Positions 19,442-30,577 are shown, counted from the first letter of the stretch. The stretch is 64,000 bases of DNA from an uncultured Gemmatimonadaceae bacterium (GCA_963740355.1 CAVUDW010000003.1:2208001-2272000); one strand, 5' to 3'. Numbers and translations: made by a program. The notes: generated by a model from the letters alone, not told the origin.

Positions 19442-20611
19442 ATGACACACAGCTCACTTCGCCTCCTCGCCATGCTCGGTTTGGCGTGCACCGCCGCGCA
19501 CGCGCAAACTCGCGCGCCAGCCGGAATGCGCAGCCTCCCGACAGGAGGCTCCGGCAGCGTCTTCACCACCACACTCAATGGCAGCCGCAGCGCCACAGCC
19601 ATGGGCCAGGCGCTCGTGAAGGGCGTGCAGCCCTACTTCGGCGGGACGATGCGCGTGCTGAACGCCGTCGGCGACCGAAGTGACTCGCAGGTGCAGGCGT
19701 CGTTCACGGCGCGGCTCAACGGTGAGCCGGTGTTCGGCATCCTCGGGGTTTCGGCCGATGGCAGTTCAGCGCGCGCCGTGCTGATCTTCGATGCCTCGCG
19801 CACGCTGCCTGGATCCATCGAGCGGCTGATTCGGGTGGCGACCAGCGATGGATCCGGCGGTGGCACTGGCGGCCGAGCCGCGGCACCAGAGCCGCTGAAT
19901 CGAACGCGTGTGCCCGACGGCTCAGGGACCATCGACCTCGCCGCCGGCTGGGTGATTCGCCACGCAGGCAAGGGCGCGATGGACATCCAGGGGCCAGCCC
20001 CCGGTAGCGGCATGAGCCTCGGTGCGGTGCTCACCGTGCCGTACACCTCCAGTGACCCCGCACAGGCCCTGGTGACGATGGCGCAGCAGCTGGGCCGCAG
20101 CCAGCGCAAGCGCATCGACGTCCAGATCATCGACCAACGTCCAGTGCAATGGCAGCAGGGTGGTCGTGCCTCACTGCTGAGATATCGCAGCGTCACCGAC
20201 GGACAGGTGATGGAATATTTCGGACTGCTCGCCATTACCCCCTTCGATGGCAGTCAGGTGTTCTTCTACAGCAGCTTCATTCAGGCTCCACCGGCGAGCT
20301 TCGCTCGGGTATTGCCAACGGCGCTGCGCAGTTGGGCCACGTGGAGCATCTATCCCTCAGTGCTGGCGCAACGCATGCAGCAGTCCGCGCAAACCATGCG
20401 CGAAACCGGTGAATTGCTGACCGGTGGCGGAAGCTCGCAGCGGGCGTTCGACGGCGTGAATGCTGGCTGGGGGCAATACATCCGTGGCGTCGCGACACTC
20501 GAGGATCCTGACCGACGTCGCAGTGAGGTTGATCAATCATTTGCGGAGAACGTCGTCCGCACTGATCCGCAGCGCTTCCGCATCGTTCCGACCAGTGAGC
20601 TGATCCCGTAG
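19442..20611 (+). CDS. Secreted hypothetical protein
   Basis: Signal peptide ending AHA-Q and a Gly-rich linker; no family recognised. Confidence 0.75.
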   Translation: MTHSSLRLLAMLGLACTAAHAQTRAPAGMRSLPTGGSGSVFTTTLNGSRSATAMGQALVKGVQPYFGGTMRVLNAVGDRSDSQVQASFTARLNGEPVFGILGVSADGSSARAVLIFDASRTLPGSIERLIRVATSDGSGGGTGGRAAAPEPLNRTRVPDGSGTIDLAAGWVIRHAGKGAMDIQGPAPGSGMSLGAVLTVPYTSSDPAQALVTMAQQLGRSQRKRIDVQIIDQRPVQWQQGGRASLLRYRSVTDGQVMEYFGLLAITPFDGSQVFFYSSFIQAPPASFARVLPTALRSWATWSIYPSVLAQRMQQSAQTMRETGELLTGGGSSQRAFDGVNAGWGQYIRGVATLEDPDRRRSEVDQSFAENVVRTDPQRFRIVPTSELIP

Positions 20612-20706
20612 CGGACTTTACCTGACTGTCAGCGCTGGCCGCGTGGCGCACGTTAGGGCACTGGGTACGGTCGTACCCGCCACACATCTACCACGCTGAG
20701 CCTGCC

Positions 20707-22681
20707 ATGATGTTTCGCTCGTCGCACAAACTTCTACTCGCGGCCGCGCTGTTCCTCGGCAGCGCGCCGCTGTTCGCGCAAGGCGGCGGCCCGCTTCCGG
20801 ACAGCACCAAGGCGAAGCGCTGGGCCACCGAGAACGAGCTGCAGTCGCTGGCCGTCGTCAATCGCAAGGTGATGATCCGGATGCGAGATGGCATCCGCAT
20901 TCCGGCCGACATCTACGTCCCGAAGGATTCGACGCAGAAGTATCCGGCGATCTGGGTACGCACACCGTACAACTTCAACTACTGGGACGTCCAGAACGGC
21001 GTGCCACGCGACATGTCGGCTGCCCTGTACGCGATCAAGCGTGGCTACGCCTACGTCGACATGCAGGAGCGCGGTCACTTCTTCGCCGAGGGCAACTACG
21101 ACATCCTCGGTGCTCCGCTGAGTGATGGTGACGATGAACTGAACTACCTTAAGGGGCAGCGGTGGTCCAATGGCAAGATCGGCACGACGGGCTGCTCCTC
21201 GACGGCGGAATGGCAGCCGGCGGTGGCATCGCTCGGCAACTCCGGCTTCGCGGCGATGAACGTGCAGGGATTTGGCGCCGGCGTGGGCAAGGTTGGCCCG
21301 TACTACGAGATGGGCAACTGGTATCGCGGTGGCGCGGTGCAGATGCTCTTCATCGACTGGCTGGTCGGTGAGCAGAACCAGGTGCGACCGATGTTTCCGG
21401 CCAACACCTCGCAGGAAGAGTTGATTCGCGTGTCGAAGTCCTTTGACCTCGCGCAGCGCTCACCGCCGGTGGATTGGTCGAAGGCGTTCTGGACGCTGCC
21501 CGAGATGGACATCATCAAGGCCATCGACGGTCCGCGCGGCATCTTTGCCGATTCGATGCCGGTGCCGACCGGTGGTGCGATGATCAAGCGCACGCCGAAC
21601 GATCCGGCCTGGTACAAGGGCGGGCTGTGGCACGAGAACATGCCGATCAACATTCCCGGCCTCTGGTTCATGTCGTGGTACGATGTGTCGGTCGGCCCGA
21701 ACGTGGCGATGTACAACCACGTGATGAAGACGGCGAAGGGCGCCGGTGCCGGCAACCAGTGGATGATCATCGCCCCGGTGGCGCACTGCTCGTACACCCG
21801 CGCCACGGAGCACACCGTGGTTGGTGAGCGCGACATGGGCGATGCGCGCCTTGGCTACCAGAACATCATCTACACCTTCTTCGACCAGTTCCTGAAGGAC
21901 AATGGATCGCATGGCATGGACACGATCCCGAAGGTGCACTACTACGTGATGGGCAAGAACGAGTGGCGCACGTCGGACGTCTGGCCGGTGAAGGACGCCT
22001 CGCCGCTGACCTTCCACCTCGGCAGCAACGGCAACGCCAACACCGCTCAACGGCGATGGTCGACTGGCACTGACGCCCAGCCGCAGCGACAAGCCAGACA
22101 AGTTCGCCTACGATCCGCTCAATCCCGTCGGTTCGCACGGCGGCAACGTCTGCTGCCAGGGCAACGCGGTCGGCGCCGGCTCGATGGATCAGCGCAAGGT
22201 GGAGGAGCGTCCGGATGTGCTGGTCTACACCAGCGACGCGTTCGGCGCCGAGGGAATGGAACTGAGCGGCCCGATCATCCCGACGCTGTACGTCTCGTCG
22301 GATGCCAAGGACACCGACTTCACGGTGAAGGTCATCGACGTGGCACCTGACGGCACCGCCTACAACCTCGACGAGTCGATCCAGCGCATGCGGTATCGCG
22401 ATGGCTACGACAAGCCGCCGGTGATGATGGAGAACGGCAAGGTGTACAAGGTGACCTTGCAGCCGCTCAACACCAGCAACTGGTTTGCGCCGGGTCACAA
22501 GCTGCGCATCGAGGTGTCGAGCAGCAATTTCCCACGGTTCGATCGCAACCTGAACACCGGTGGCAACAACTACGATGAGTCGAAGCCGGTGGTCGCGCAC
22601 AATGTGGTGCACCATTCGGCCAATTATCCGTCGACGATCACGGTGACCGTGGTGAAGAAGCCGACGACGCTGGTGCCGTAA
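20707..22681 (+). pseudogene. CocE/NonD-family hydrolase split by a +1 frameshift near 22043 (pseudogene or sequencing error)
   Basis: N-terminal part has MRDGIR, RTPYN and [12 protein letters not shown]. Removing one C at 22043/22044 restores ANTLNGDGRL...AYDPLNPV...[14 protein letters not shown], continuous with ORF 22184-22681 ([22 protein letters not shown]). Confidence 0.85.
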
Positions 22682-22722
22682 GCCGATCGGCAGGGCGAGA
22701 GGAAATCCCGCTTGGAAAGCTC

Positions 22723-22754
22723 AGGGCAACAGTGACCATCGCTGTTGCCCTTTT
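22723..22754 (+). terminator. Intrinsic terminator
   Basis: AGGGCAACAGTGA-cca-TCGCTGTTGCCCT followed by TTT. Confidence 0.8.
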
Positions 22755-22847
22755 CCGTTTGCCGCCGTGACACCTTCGATTGCCGTGGCCGTGTCTTCCG
22801 CGCATGTTCGGGGCACACGGTCTCCTTCCCCGTCCCGGAACTCCTTC

Positions 22848-25800
22848 ATGTCACATCGCTCCATCGTCCGCCATGTCTCGCAGCAGTTGCATCGCGTGGT
22901 GCGCGTCGCACTGCCGTGTGTTGCGATTGCGTTGTCAGGAGCCGGAGTCGGCGCACAGACGGTCGATCCACGCCTCTACGCGGATCTGACCTGGCGCAAC
23001 ATCGGCCCGTTTCGCGCGGGACGCGTTGGTGCGGTCTCGGCGGCGATCGGCCAGCCAGGTGTCTACTACGCCGGCTTTCCTGGCGGAGGGCTGTGGAAGA
23101 GCACCAGTGCGGGACAGGTCTGGTTTCCAGTGTTCGACTCGGTCCGCGCCACGTCGTCGATCGGTGCGGTGGAGGTGGCGCCATCCGATCCGAACATCGT
23201 GTACGTCGGCACGGGCGACATGGTCACCGGCGGTACCCTCGATCAGGGCAACGGTGTGTACAAGAGCACCGATGCCGGAAAGACATGGCAATCACTCGGC
23301 CTCGAAGGGACGCGTCACATCCAGACCATGCTCGTCGATCCGAAGAATCCGGATATCGTGCTGGTCGGGGCACTTGGCGATCACATCAACGCCAATGATG
23401 CGCGTGGCGTCTATCGCAGCACCGATGGCGGTCGGTCGTGGAAGAAGACCCTCTTCATCGACAACGAGACCGGCATCGCCAAGCTGTCGCGAGCCTTCGA
23501 TGTACCGGACGTCATCTTTGCCACCACATCGCGCCACTATGCACCGCCCGGATACGCGGTCGGGTCGTATCGTTCATGGCAGTTCAGCACGGCGCCACGC
23601 ACCGGGCCCGATTCGGCTGCGGTGCGCGCCGGACTCTGGAAGTCGCTCGACGGTGGCCAGAGCTGGACGGAGATCCGTGGGCACGGCCTGCCGAAGCTCG
23701 ATGGCCGCATGTCGGTTGGCGTTGCGATCGGCACCAACGCGCAGCGCGTCTACCTCATCACCAACACGGCGCTCTGGCGTTCCGACGATGGCGGCAGCAA
23801 CTGGCGACAGATGGCCGCCGACGACGATCGCATCCACAACGGGCAGGGTGGCTACAGCTGCGGCGTGTACGTCGATCCGAAGAATCCGGACCTGATCTAC
23901 ACACTGAATACCGCCGCCTATCGCTCCACCGACGGTGGCAAGACCTTCACCGGAATGAAGGGTGCACCTGGTGGCGACGATCCGCAGCAGATGTGGATCG
24001 ATCCAACCGATGGCCAGCGACTGTTCATGGGCCTCGACCAGGGCGCAACGGTATCACTCGACGGCGGTGCGACCTGGAGCTCGTGGTACAACCAGTCCAC
24101 CGAGCAGCTCTATCACCTGTCAGCCGACAATTCGTATCCGTACTGGGTGTACGCCACGCAGCAGGACGCGGGCGCCATTCGCACACGCGCGCGCGGCAAC
24201 TTCGGCGCCGTCACCATCTTCGACTGGAACTCGGTGAACGGCTGGGAGTGGGGCACCATCGTGCCCGATCCACTCGACGTGAACACCGTCTTCGCCACTG
24301 GTACGGGCGTCGTGAAGATGTCCTACCCGAGTGAGCAGTCGATCAATGTCAGCCCTGCGATCGATCCTGCGGCCAGGGCGCGTACGACATCGTCAGCGCC
24401 GTTGGTCTGGGCACCATGGAACCAGCGCCTTCTGCTCGCAGGCCTCAACTATGTCGTTGGCACGACGGATCGGGGCGCACACTGGACGCGTCTCAGCCCA
24501 GAGCTGAGCATTCCCGCCGGCATGGACTCCGCCACCGCAGCCCGGACCCTCGGTGGTCGCGGCGCCATCGAGTCGATGTCAGCGTCGCGAAAGTCGGTCG
24601 GGGAGATCTGGGTGGGCACCAACAATGGGCTGATCCATCTCACGCGTGACGGCGGGACGAGCTGGAAGGACGTCAGCATCGCTGGGCTCGCGAATCCGCG
24701 CCGCGCGAATGTGACGTCGATCGAAGCGTCCCCGTTCGTTGTGGGCACGGCGTACGCGGCCATTGAATACCTGCGCATCGGCGAGCACACACCGCACCTC
24801 TATCGCACACGCGACTTCGGAAAGACCTGGACCGAGATCGTGACCGGGCTCCCGACGGACGAGGCGGGCGGCAGCTTGGCCCGCGTGTTGCGACCGGATC
24901 CCGTCAAGGCAGGCCTGCTGTTCGCAGGCACGGAAAGTGGTGTCTACGTGTCGTTCAACGACGGCGACAGCTGGCAGTCACTGTCCCGCACATTGCCGAC
25001 CACTCCGGTGCGCGACCTGTTGGTGAAGGACAACGACCTGATCATCGCGACGCATGGGCGCGGACTCTGGGTACTGGACGACATCTCTGCACTGCGTCAG
25101 GCAACGCCCGCTTTGGCCAGCGCACCGGCCCACCTCTTCGCGCCCGGCCGCGCCACGCGCGTGCGCCGCAACGTGAACGGCGATACGCCACTGCCGCCAG
25201 ACATTCCACACGCGCTGAATCCAATGGATGGCGTGATCATCGACTACTGGCTCGGCAGCTCGGCGAGTGCACCAGTCACCCTCGATGTACTCGACGCGAG
25301 CGGTGCGCGCGTGGCACAACTGACCAGTGTCCTCAGCCCCGCAGTGCCGGAGGCAGCTCGACCCTCGCACCCGAATTTCTGGATCGAGGCGCCGAGCGCG
25401 CTTCCAACCACGGCTGGCCATCATCGCGTGCGCTGGAACCTCCGTCACGACGCGCCGGCAGTGTTCTCGCACAGTTTCGAGATCAACGCCAATCCCGGCC
25501 TCACGCCACCGTCGCCCGAAGGGCCGCTCGCCGCGCCTGGCACCTACACATTGCGGCTGACCGTCAATGGCGCGGTGTACACGCAGCGCGTCGATGTGCG
25601 CAACGACCCACGATCACCGGCCACGCCGCTCGCGGTCGCTGAACAACATGCGCTCCAGGTGCAGATCACCAACGCCATGCGCGTGGCGTACGCATCGCAG
25701 CAGCAGGTATCGGCCATACGTGCCGCGCTCGCGAAGGCGGCGCAGGGCGCGCCAACCGATGTCACTGGAGCCATCGCCGGGTTCCGAGCAGCGATCGACT

Positions 25801-26078
25801 CGGCCGTCGGCGCCGACCCAGACTTGAAGGATCGCGGCGCCTTCCGCGAAGCGAACGAATCACTCGTTGGTCAACTGAATACGCAGGAAAATGGCGACAA
25901 CGCACCAAATGCCGGCATGCGCGCTGCACTGCGTGTCACCTGCACCGACATCGCGAAGCGTCAGGTGGCGTGGGATCGCGTCATGACGCGTCACTATCCG
26001 GTGCTGAGCGCCTTGCTCAGCCAGCACGGCCTGGCACCGGTGCCGTTACCGCCGACAGTGTCGCGAATCACCTGCTGA
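22848..26078 (+). CDS. Large secreted BNR/Asp-box (VPS10/sortilin-like, YCF48-related) beta-propeller protein
   Basis: WRNIGPFRAGR start and many S/TxDxGxxW repeats; start trimmed to MSHRS. Confidence 0.88.
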   Translation: MSHRSIVRHVSQQLHRVVRVALPCVAIALSGAGVGAQTVDPRLYADLTWRNIGPFRAGRVGAVSAAIGQPGVYYAGFPGGGLWKSTSAGQVWFPVFDSVRATSSIGAVEVAPSDPNIVYVGTGDMVTGGTLDQGNGVYKSTDAGKTWQSLGLEGTRHIQTMLVDPKNPDIVLVGALGDHINANDARGVYRSTDGGRSWKKTLFIDNETGIAKLSRAFDVPDVIFATTSRHYAPPGYAVGSYRSWQFSTAPRTGPDSAAVRAGLWKSLDGGQSWTEIRGHGLPKLDGRMSVGVAIGTNAQRVYLITNTALWRSDDGGSNWRQMAADDDRIHNGQGGYSCGVYVDPKNPDLIYTLNTAAYRSTDGGKTFTGMKGAPGGDDPQQMWIDPTDGQRLFMGLDQGATVSLDGGATWSSWYNQSTEQLYHLSADNSYPYWVYATQQDAGAIRTRARGNFGAVTIFDWNSVNGWEWGTIVPDPLDVNTVFATGTGVVKMSYPSEQSINVSPAIDPAARARTTSSAPLVWAPWNQRLLLAGLNYVVGTTDRGAHWTRLSPELSIPAGMDSATAARTLGGRGAIESMSASRKSVGEIWVGTNNGLIHLTRDGGTSWKDVSIAGLANPRRANVTSIEASPFVVGTAYAAIEYLRIGEHTPHLYRTRDFGKTWTEIVTGLPTDEAGGSLARVLRPDPVKAGLLFAGTESGVYVSFNDGDSWQSLSRTLPTTPVRDLLVKDNDLIIATHGRGLWVLDDISALRQATPALASAPAHLFAPGRATRVRRNVNGDTPLPPDIPHALNPMDGVIIDYWLGSSASAPVTLDVLDASGARVAQLTSVLSPAVPEAARPSHPNFWIEAPSALPTTAGHHRVRWNLRHDAPAVFSHSFEINANPGLTPPSPEGPLAAPGTYTLRLTVNGAVYTQRVDVRNDPRSPATPLAVAEQHALQVQITNAMRVAYASQQQVSAIRAALAKAAQGAPTDVTGAIAGFRAAIDSAVGADPDLKDRGAFREANESLVGQLNTQENGDNAPNAGMRAALRVTCTDIAKRQVAWDRVMTRHYPVLSALLSQHGLAPVPLPPTVSRITC

Positions 26079-26141
26079 GCGACGCGTCAGCATCACGCGT
26101 CGTAGCATTGAACGCACCGCACTGCCGGCGCCGCCCAGCGA

Positions 26142-28277
26142 TCAGCGCGCCCCGCGGAACTCGATCCGCGACAGGCCGGCATCGGCATTCTTCGCGAACC
26201 ATGCCTTCCCGTACTCGAGCACGTAGAGCTGTCCCTTCGGCCCAAGCTCCATGTCGATCGGTGCCGAGAAGGAGTCGCGGGGTGCGAAGCGCTCCATGGC
26301 GTCGTAGTCGCCATTCGGGCGCAGCGTGACGGCGAAGATCCAGTGACGAATCCAGTCATAGATGAACAACTTCCCGTCATAGTACTGTGGCATGGCGGTC
26401 GCGCGCGTCTTGGCGAACAGGTCGAAGTGATACACAGGCCCTGCCATCGCCGTGCGCCCTCCCTTGTTCACCTGCGGGAAGTCGTGGCTGTCACCGTACG
26501 GATACCAGATGAATGCCGGCTGGGCCGGTGGCAGGTCGCGCAGGCCCGTCGTATTGCGCGACTCGTTCTTCGGTGCTGCGGCATCGTACAGCGGACCACT
26601 CGCCCCCGTGGCGTAATCCCACTGGTGATACGCGTAGTTGTCACCGACGAACAGCGGCCACCCGAAATTTCCCGCAGTGCGCGCCTGGTTGATCTCGTCG
26701 TACCCCTTCGGGCCGCGGGTCGCGAGGGTGTCGTCGGCCGCGTCGGGACCGACTTCGCCCCAATACAGGAACCCCGTCTTCTGGTCCACCGAAATGCGGT
26801 ATGGGTTACGGTTGCCCATCACGAAGATTTCCGGCCGAGTCTTCGGTGTGCCGGGCGCAAACAGGTTGCCAGCCGGGATGTCGTACGTGCCATCGGTGAG
26901 CACGTGAATGCGCAGGATCTTGCCGCGCAGGTCATTCGTATTGGCCGACGTGCGCCGCGCATCGTACGGCTCGTGCCCTGGCCGATCGTCGGTCGGCGAG
27001 AACCCGTGGCTCGCAAACTTCACGTCTTTCTCGTCGAAGGGCGTAGAGTTGTCGCCAGCCGAGATGAAGAGCAGGCGCCCAGGACCAAAGGCCAGTGATC
27101 CACCGGTGTGGCAGCAGATCTCACGCTGCGAGTAGAACTGCAGCACGATCTTCTCGCTGCTCATCTTCAGTGAATCGCCGTCCATCACGAACCGCGACAG
27201 CCGGTTCACCGAAGTGTCGGCTGGGCTGTAGAACAGGTACACGTACTTGTTGGTGGCGAACTCGGGATCGATCGTCAGGCCGAGCAATCCCTCCTCGACA
27301 TTCGATCCATTCTTGCTCTTCGAGTACACAGCCACCTTGCCAGCCGGCTTCACCGAACGATCGGCGTCCTTGTAGAGCACGACTTCACCGCCGCGCTGGG
27401 CAATCAGCACATCACCGGTCGGCAGTACAGCCATCTCGGTCGGCTCGGCCAAGGTGCCCATGGTCAGCGCAACCTTGCGGAACAGCGAATCGGCCGGCGG
27501 CCGCTCGGATTTCGCCTTCGCGTAATTCAGTGCCTGCCGTTCACCGATCGCGTACTTGATGCCACCCAGCACATGCTTGAGGAACAGGGAGTCGCTGTAC
27601 GACTCCACCGTGTGGCCAAGCTCCGTGTACCAGGCGCGGCCGCCATCAAAGTCGTGGTACCACGCCATCGGATGCGCCGCGCCGTTGGTGCCACCCTTGT
27701 AACTCGTTTCGTCGATCGTCAGCAGCACATGCAGGTCGGGCATCAGCGACTTGAAATTGTACCACTCGTCCTTGCGCTTCCATTCCGCGGGCAGGTGCGA
27801 CGTCGAGCCGTGCTTGGCATCCATCACACGGAGTGTCGCTTCCTGCTGTTCCGGATGACTGGTGAAGTATCCGCCTACCAGTCGGCCGTACCAGCGCCAA
27901 TCGTACTCGGCATCCGACGCCGCGTGGATCCCGACGTAGCCACCACCGGCCTGGATGAAACGCTCCAGGTCGACCTCGGACGCGCGATCGAGGATGTTGC
28001 CGGTGGGGCTGAGAAAGATCACCGCGGCATACTGCTTCAGTGAGTCTTCGGTGATGCGCGCCGCATCCTCTGTCGTATCGACAGTGAAACCGTTCGCGGC
28101 GCCCATCGCCATCAGAACCTTCTTGCCCACCTCGATCGATTCGTGTCGGTAGCCCGCCGTCTTCGAGAAGACGAGGACACGCGCCGGGCCAGTTGGGGCA
28201 GCAGGCGCAGCGGGCTTGCAGCCGTGCATGGCGACCAGCGCCAGCGCAGCGAGAACGGTGCGGCGAATCACACGCAT
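26142..28277 (-). CDS. ThuA domain + PQQ-dependent glucose/sorbosone dehydrogenase fusion lipoprotein
   Basis: VLVFSKTAGYRHESI, GIHAASD, DEWYNF and YTELGH (ThuA); CCHTGG, LRGKILRI, GNRNPYR and GEVGPD (GSDH). Confidence 0.88.
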   Translation of the reverse strand: MRVIRRTVLAALALVAMHGCKPAAPAAPTGPARVLVFSKTAGYRHESIEVGKKVLMAMGAANGFTVDTTEDAARITEDSLKQYAAVIFLSPTGNILDRASEVDLERFIQAGGGYVGIHAASDAEYDWRWYGRLVGGYFTSHPEQQEATLRVMDAKHGSTSHLPAEWKRKDEWYNFKSLMPDLHVLLTIDETSYKGGTNGAAHPMAWYHDFDGGRAWYTELGHTVESYSDSLFLKHVLGGIKYAIGERQALNYAKAKSERPPADSLFRKVALTMGTLAEPTEMAVLPTGDVLIAQRGGEVVLYKDADRSVKPAGKVAVYSKSKNGSNVEEGLLGLTIDPEFATNKYVYLFYSPADTSVNRLSRFVMDGDSLKMSSEKIVLQFYSQREICCHTGGSLAFGPGRLLFISAGDNSTPFDEKDVKFASHGFSPTDDRPGHEPYDARRTSANTNDLRGKILRIHVLTDGTYDIPAGNLFAPGTPKTRPEIFVMGNRNPYRISVDQKTGFLYWGEVGPDAADDTLATRGPKGYDEINQARTAGNFGWPLFVGDNYAYHQWDYATGASGPLYDAAAPKNESRNTTGLRDLPPAQPAFIWYPYGDSHDFPQVNKGGRTAMAGPVYHFDLFAKTRATAMPQYYDGKLFIYDWIRHWIFAVTLRPNGDYDAMERFAPRDSFSAPIDMELGPKGQLYVLEYGKAWFAKNADAGLSRIEFRGAR

Positions 28278-28478
28278 ACGGGAGCCGGGGCAGGAGGGGG
28301 CGACACGCGGTGGCGTTCGATGCAGATGGGCACGGCGTGCGCGGTAGAATAGCGGCCTGTCACGGCGCGTGAACGGGGGGCATCGGCGTGCGCCCCTGTC
28401 GCCGCGGCGCCCCCGGTTACATCGTAGCCGTCACGCCCCAATCTCGTCGCAAGCCACTCACCCCGAGGCCGCTCGTCC

Positions 28479-28793
28479 ATGATCAAGGTCACCGTGATGT
28501 ACGCCAATACGCCGGGCGCCCGGTTCGATCACGACTATTACCGTGACACCCACATGCCGCTGCTCAAGGCGCGAATGGGGGATCACTGCCTGTCGTACAC
28601 GGTGGACAAGGGGATCGGCGGTTTCCCGCCTGGCGCGCCGGCACCATTCGTCGGGCTGTGCCACATCTACGCCGACTCGGTGGACAGCTTCATGGCGGGC
28701 TTCGGCCCACACATGGCTGAGATCCTCGGCGACATCCCGAACTACACCGATCAACAGCCGCAGGTGCAGATCAGCGAAGTGGTCGTCGGATAG
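28479..28793 (+). CDS. EthD-family protein
   Basis: FDHDYYRDTHMPL and ILGDIPNYTD motifs. Confidence 0.88.
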   Translation: MIKVTVMYANTPGARFDHDYYRDTHMPLLKARMGDHCLSYTVDKGIGGFPPGAPAPFVGLCHIYADSVDSFMAGFGPHMAEILGDIPNYTDQQPQVQISEVVVG

Positions 28794-28820
28794 CCACTCG
28801 ACGCGTCAATTGACCGTCGC

Positions 28821-28854
28821 GAAACCCGCCGCCCATCAGGCGGCGGGTTTCTTT
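28821..28854. terminator. Intrinsic terminator hairpin overlapping the stop codon of the convergent gene
   Basis: GAAACCCGCCGCC-catca-GGCGGCGGGTTTC-TTT; the loop contains the minus-strand TGA at 28836-28838. Confidence 0.75.
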
Positions 28855-29804
28855 CCGCGTGCCAGCGAATTCCGCACCAGGTAGTTGTAGCTCTCCTGCA
28901 GCGCGACGAAGACATCGCCGGCCGTCTTGTCCATCTCGACCACCATCCATTCCGTGTGCCCGTTCGCCGCGCGCACGATCGACGGAAAGTCCTGTGTGCC
29001 CTGGCCAACCGCCGTCATCGGGTCAGGATTGTCCACCGCCAGTTGGTCGTTGTAACGCGCCGGGCCGTCCTTGATGTGCAGCAACTGCGCACGCGCACCC
29101 AACCGGCGCACGATGGTGGCGGGATCATGCCCGGCCACCTTCACCCAGTAGGTGTCGACCTCGAAAAAGATGTCGGGATCGATCAGGTCCAGCAGCACTT
29201 CGTAGGGGAACTTACCGCCCACCTTGTTGCGGTATTCCCACCAGTGATTGTGCAGGCCGAACCGCAGGCCGTTGTCCTTGGCGAACCTGTTCGACTGGTT
29301 GTAGATCGCCGCCAGCGCTTTTGTCCCCTCGAGAGAACTGTATCGCGGATCCTCTGGCCAGCCATGCCAGATCATGCGCGTGGCATTGAAGGCCTTCGCC
29401 GTCTCGAGCATCACCTGCCGCTTGTCACCGATAGGCAATTCGATGTGGCAGGAACTGACGGCGAGGCCTGCATCACGCAGCGCCGCACTCGCCTGCTGCA
29501 GTGTGACACCGTCAGGCCAGAACGCCGTCTCGACTGCGTCAAAACCGATGTCGGCAACCCGACGCAGCGTCCCCGCGAGATCGCCCTTGATGGCGTCACG
29601 CACGGTGTAGAGCTGCACTGAACTCCTGGCCGGCGCTGCGACACCGACACGATCCATCGTCGTCAGCTGCGGCAGCAGCGACGCCCCGAGGACGCCGGCG
29701 GCCGCCGTCTGCAGGAAGTCGCGTCGCGTCAGGTCAGCGTCTGACCGATCGGACCGAGTCGCATCGTCGCTGGGTTCTGTGAACGGGTTCGGATCGCCGC
29801 GCAT
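28836..29804 (-). CDS. TAT-exported sugar phosphate isomerase/epimerase (TIM barrel)
   Basis: TRRDFL signal; QLYTVR, HNHWWE, EVDTYW and HIKDG motifs; AGGAG before the start. Confidence 0.87.
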   Translation of the reverse strand: MRGDPNPFTEPSDDATRSDRSDADLTRRDFLQTAAAGVLGASLLPQLTTMDRVGVAAPARSSVQLYTVRDAIKGDLAGTLRRVADIGFDAVETAFWPDGVTLQQASAALRDAGLAVSSCHIELPIGDKRQVMLETAKAFNATRMIWHGWPEDPRYSSLEGTKALAAIYNQSNRFAKDNGLRFGLHNHWWEYRNKVGGKFPYEVLLDLIDPDIFFEVDTYWVKVAGHDPATIVRRLGARAQLLHIKDGPARYNDQLAVDNPDPMTAVGQGTQDFPSIVRAANGHTEWMVVEMDKTAGDVFVALQESYNYLVRNSLARGKKPAA

Positions 29805-29877
29805 GTGTCTCTCCTGACGTGAAGCCGCAGACAGTCCAGCAGCGGCACTGCCGATGTCACTGCGATGTAATCGACTG

Positions 29878-30483
29878 TCAGGGGGTGTGCGAGGACTCGG
29901 ATTCCGCCAGCCCAAACCACCCCGCTGCCTGCGCCTCGGCCAGTCGCACCTCGAGATACCGCCAGAGAGCCGGACATCCCGCATGGATCTGCCCCGCCAC
30001 CCGTCCGATCACACGCTCATGGGTGATCCCGTTCTCGCGCCAGCTCTGGCCATTGTTGGCGAGGTTCAGCAGCACCGGCATGGCGCGATCGGCGGCGTTC
30101 GCAAATCGTGCCTCCGCAGTCTCGCCGGCCTCGAATTCCTTCCACAGGTCGAGGAAACGCGAGGCATGTGGCTCCGGCAACAGCCCGAATATCCGCTCGA
30201 CGGCAGCAAGCTCGGCGGCCTTGCGCTCATCCCAGCCGCCGATGGCGTAGGCAATCGTGTCGCCGGTATCGATCTCGCCGATGTCGTGCACCAGCAGCAT
30301 GGCGATCACATGGTCGACGTTCACCGGCTGGTCGGCATACTGCACCAGCGTGGCGGCCAGCAGCGCGATCTGCCAGCTGTGTTCAGCCGAGTTCTCCTGG
30401 CGATCGAGGCCCAGCGGGCGCGTCTTTCGCGTCACCCCTTTGAGCTTGTCCAGCTCGAGGACGAAGTCGATGATCTGCTGCAT
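29878..30483 (-). CDS. HD-domain phosphohydrolase
   Basis: ENSAEHSW, LVHDIGEIDTGD and EARFANAADR motifs. Confidence 0.9.
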   Translation of the reverse strand: MQQIIDFVLELDKLKGVTRKTRPLGLDRQENSAEHSWQIALLAATLVQYADQPVNVDHVIAMLLVHDIGEIDTGDTIAYAIGGWDERKAAELAAVERIFGLLPEPHASRFLDLWKEFEAGETAEARFANAADRAMPVLLNLANNGQSWRENGITHERVIGRVAGQIHAGCPALWRYLEVRLAEAQAAGWFGLAESESSHTP

Positions 30484-30577
30484 GGCCGCAAGATATCGGC
30501 GGCCGGGCTCGCCGCGTAGCGCGGCACACCGCATGTTGGTTGCGTACGTGAACCGAGCGATGCGGCACCGCGCTGCA

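Noticed and set aside
22050..22350. Arg-rich C-terminus of ORF 20707-22350
   Set aside because: Out-of-frame read-through after the frameshift.
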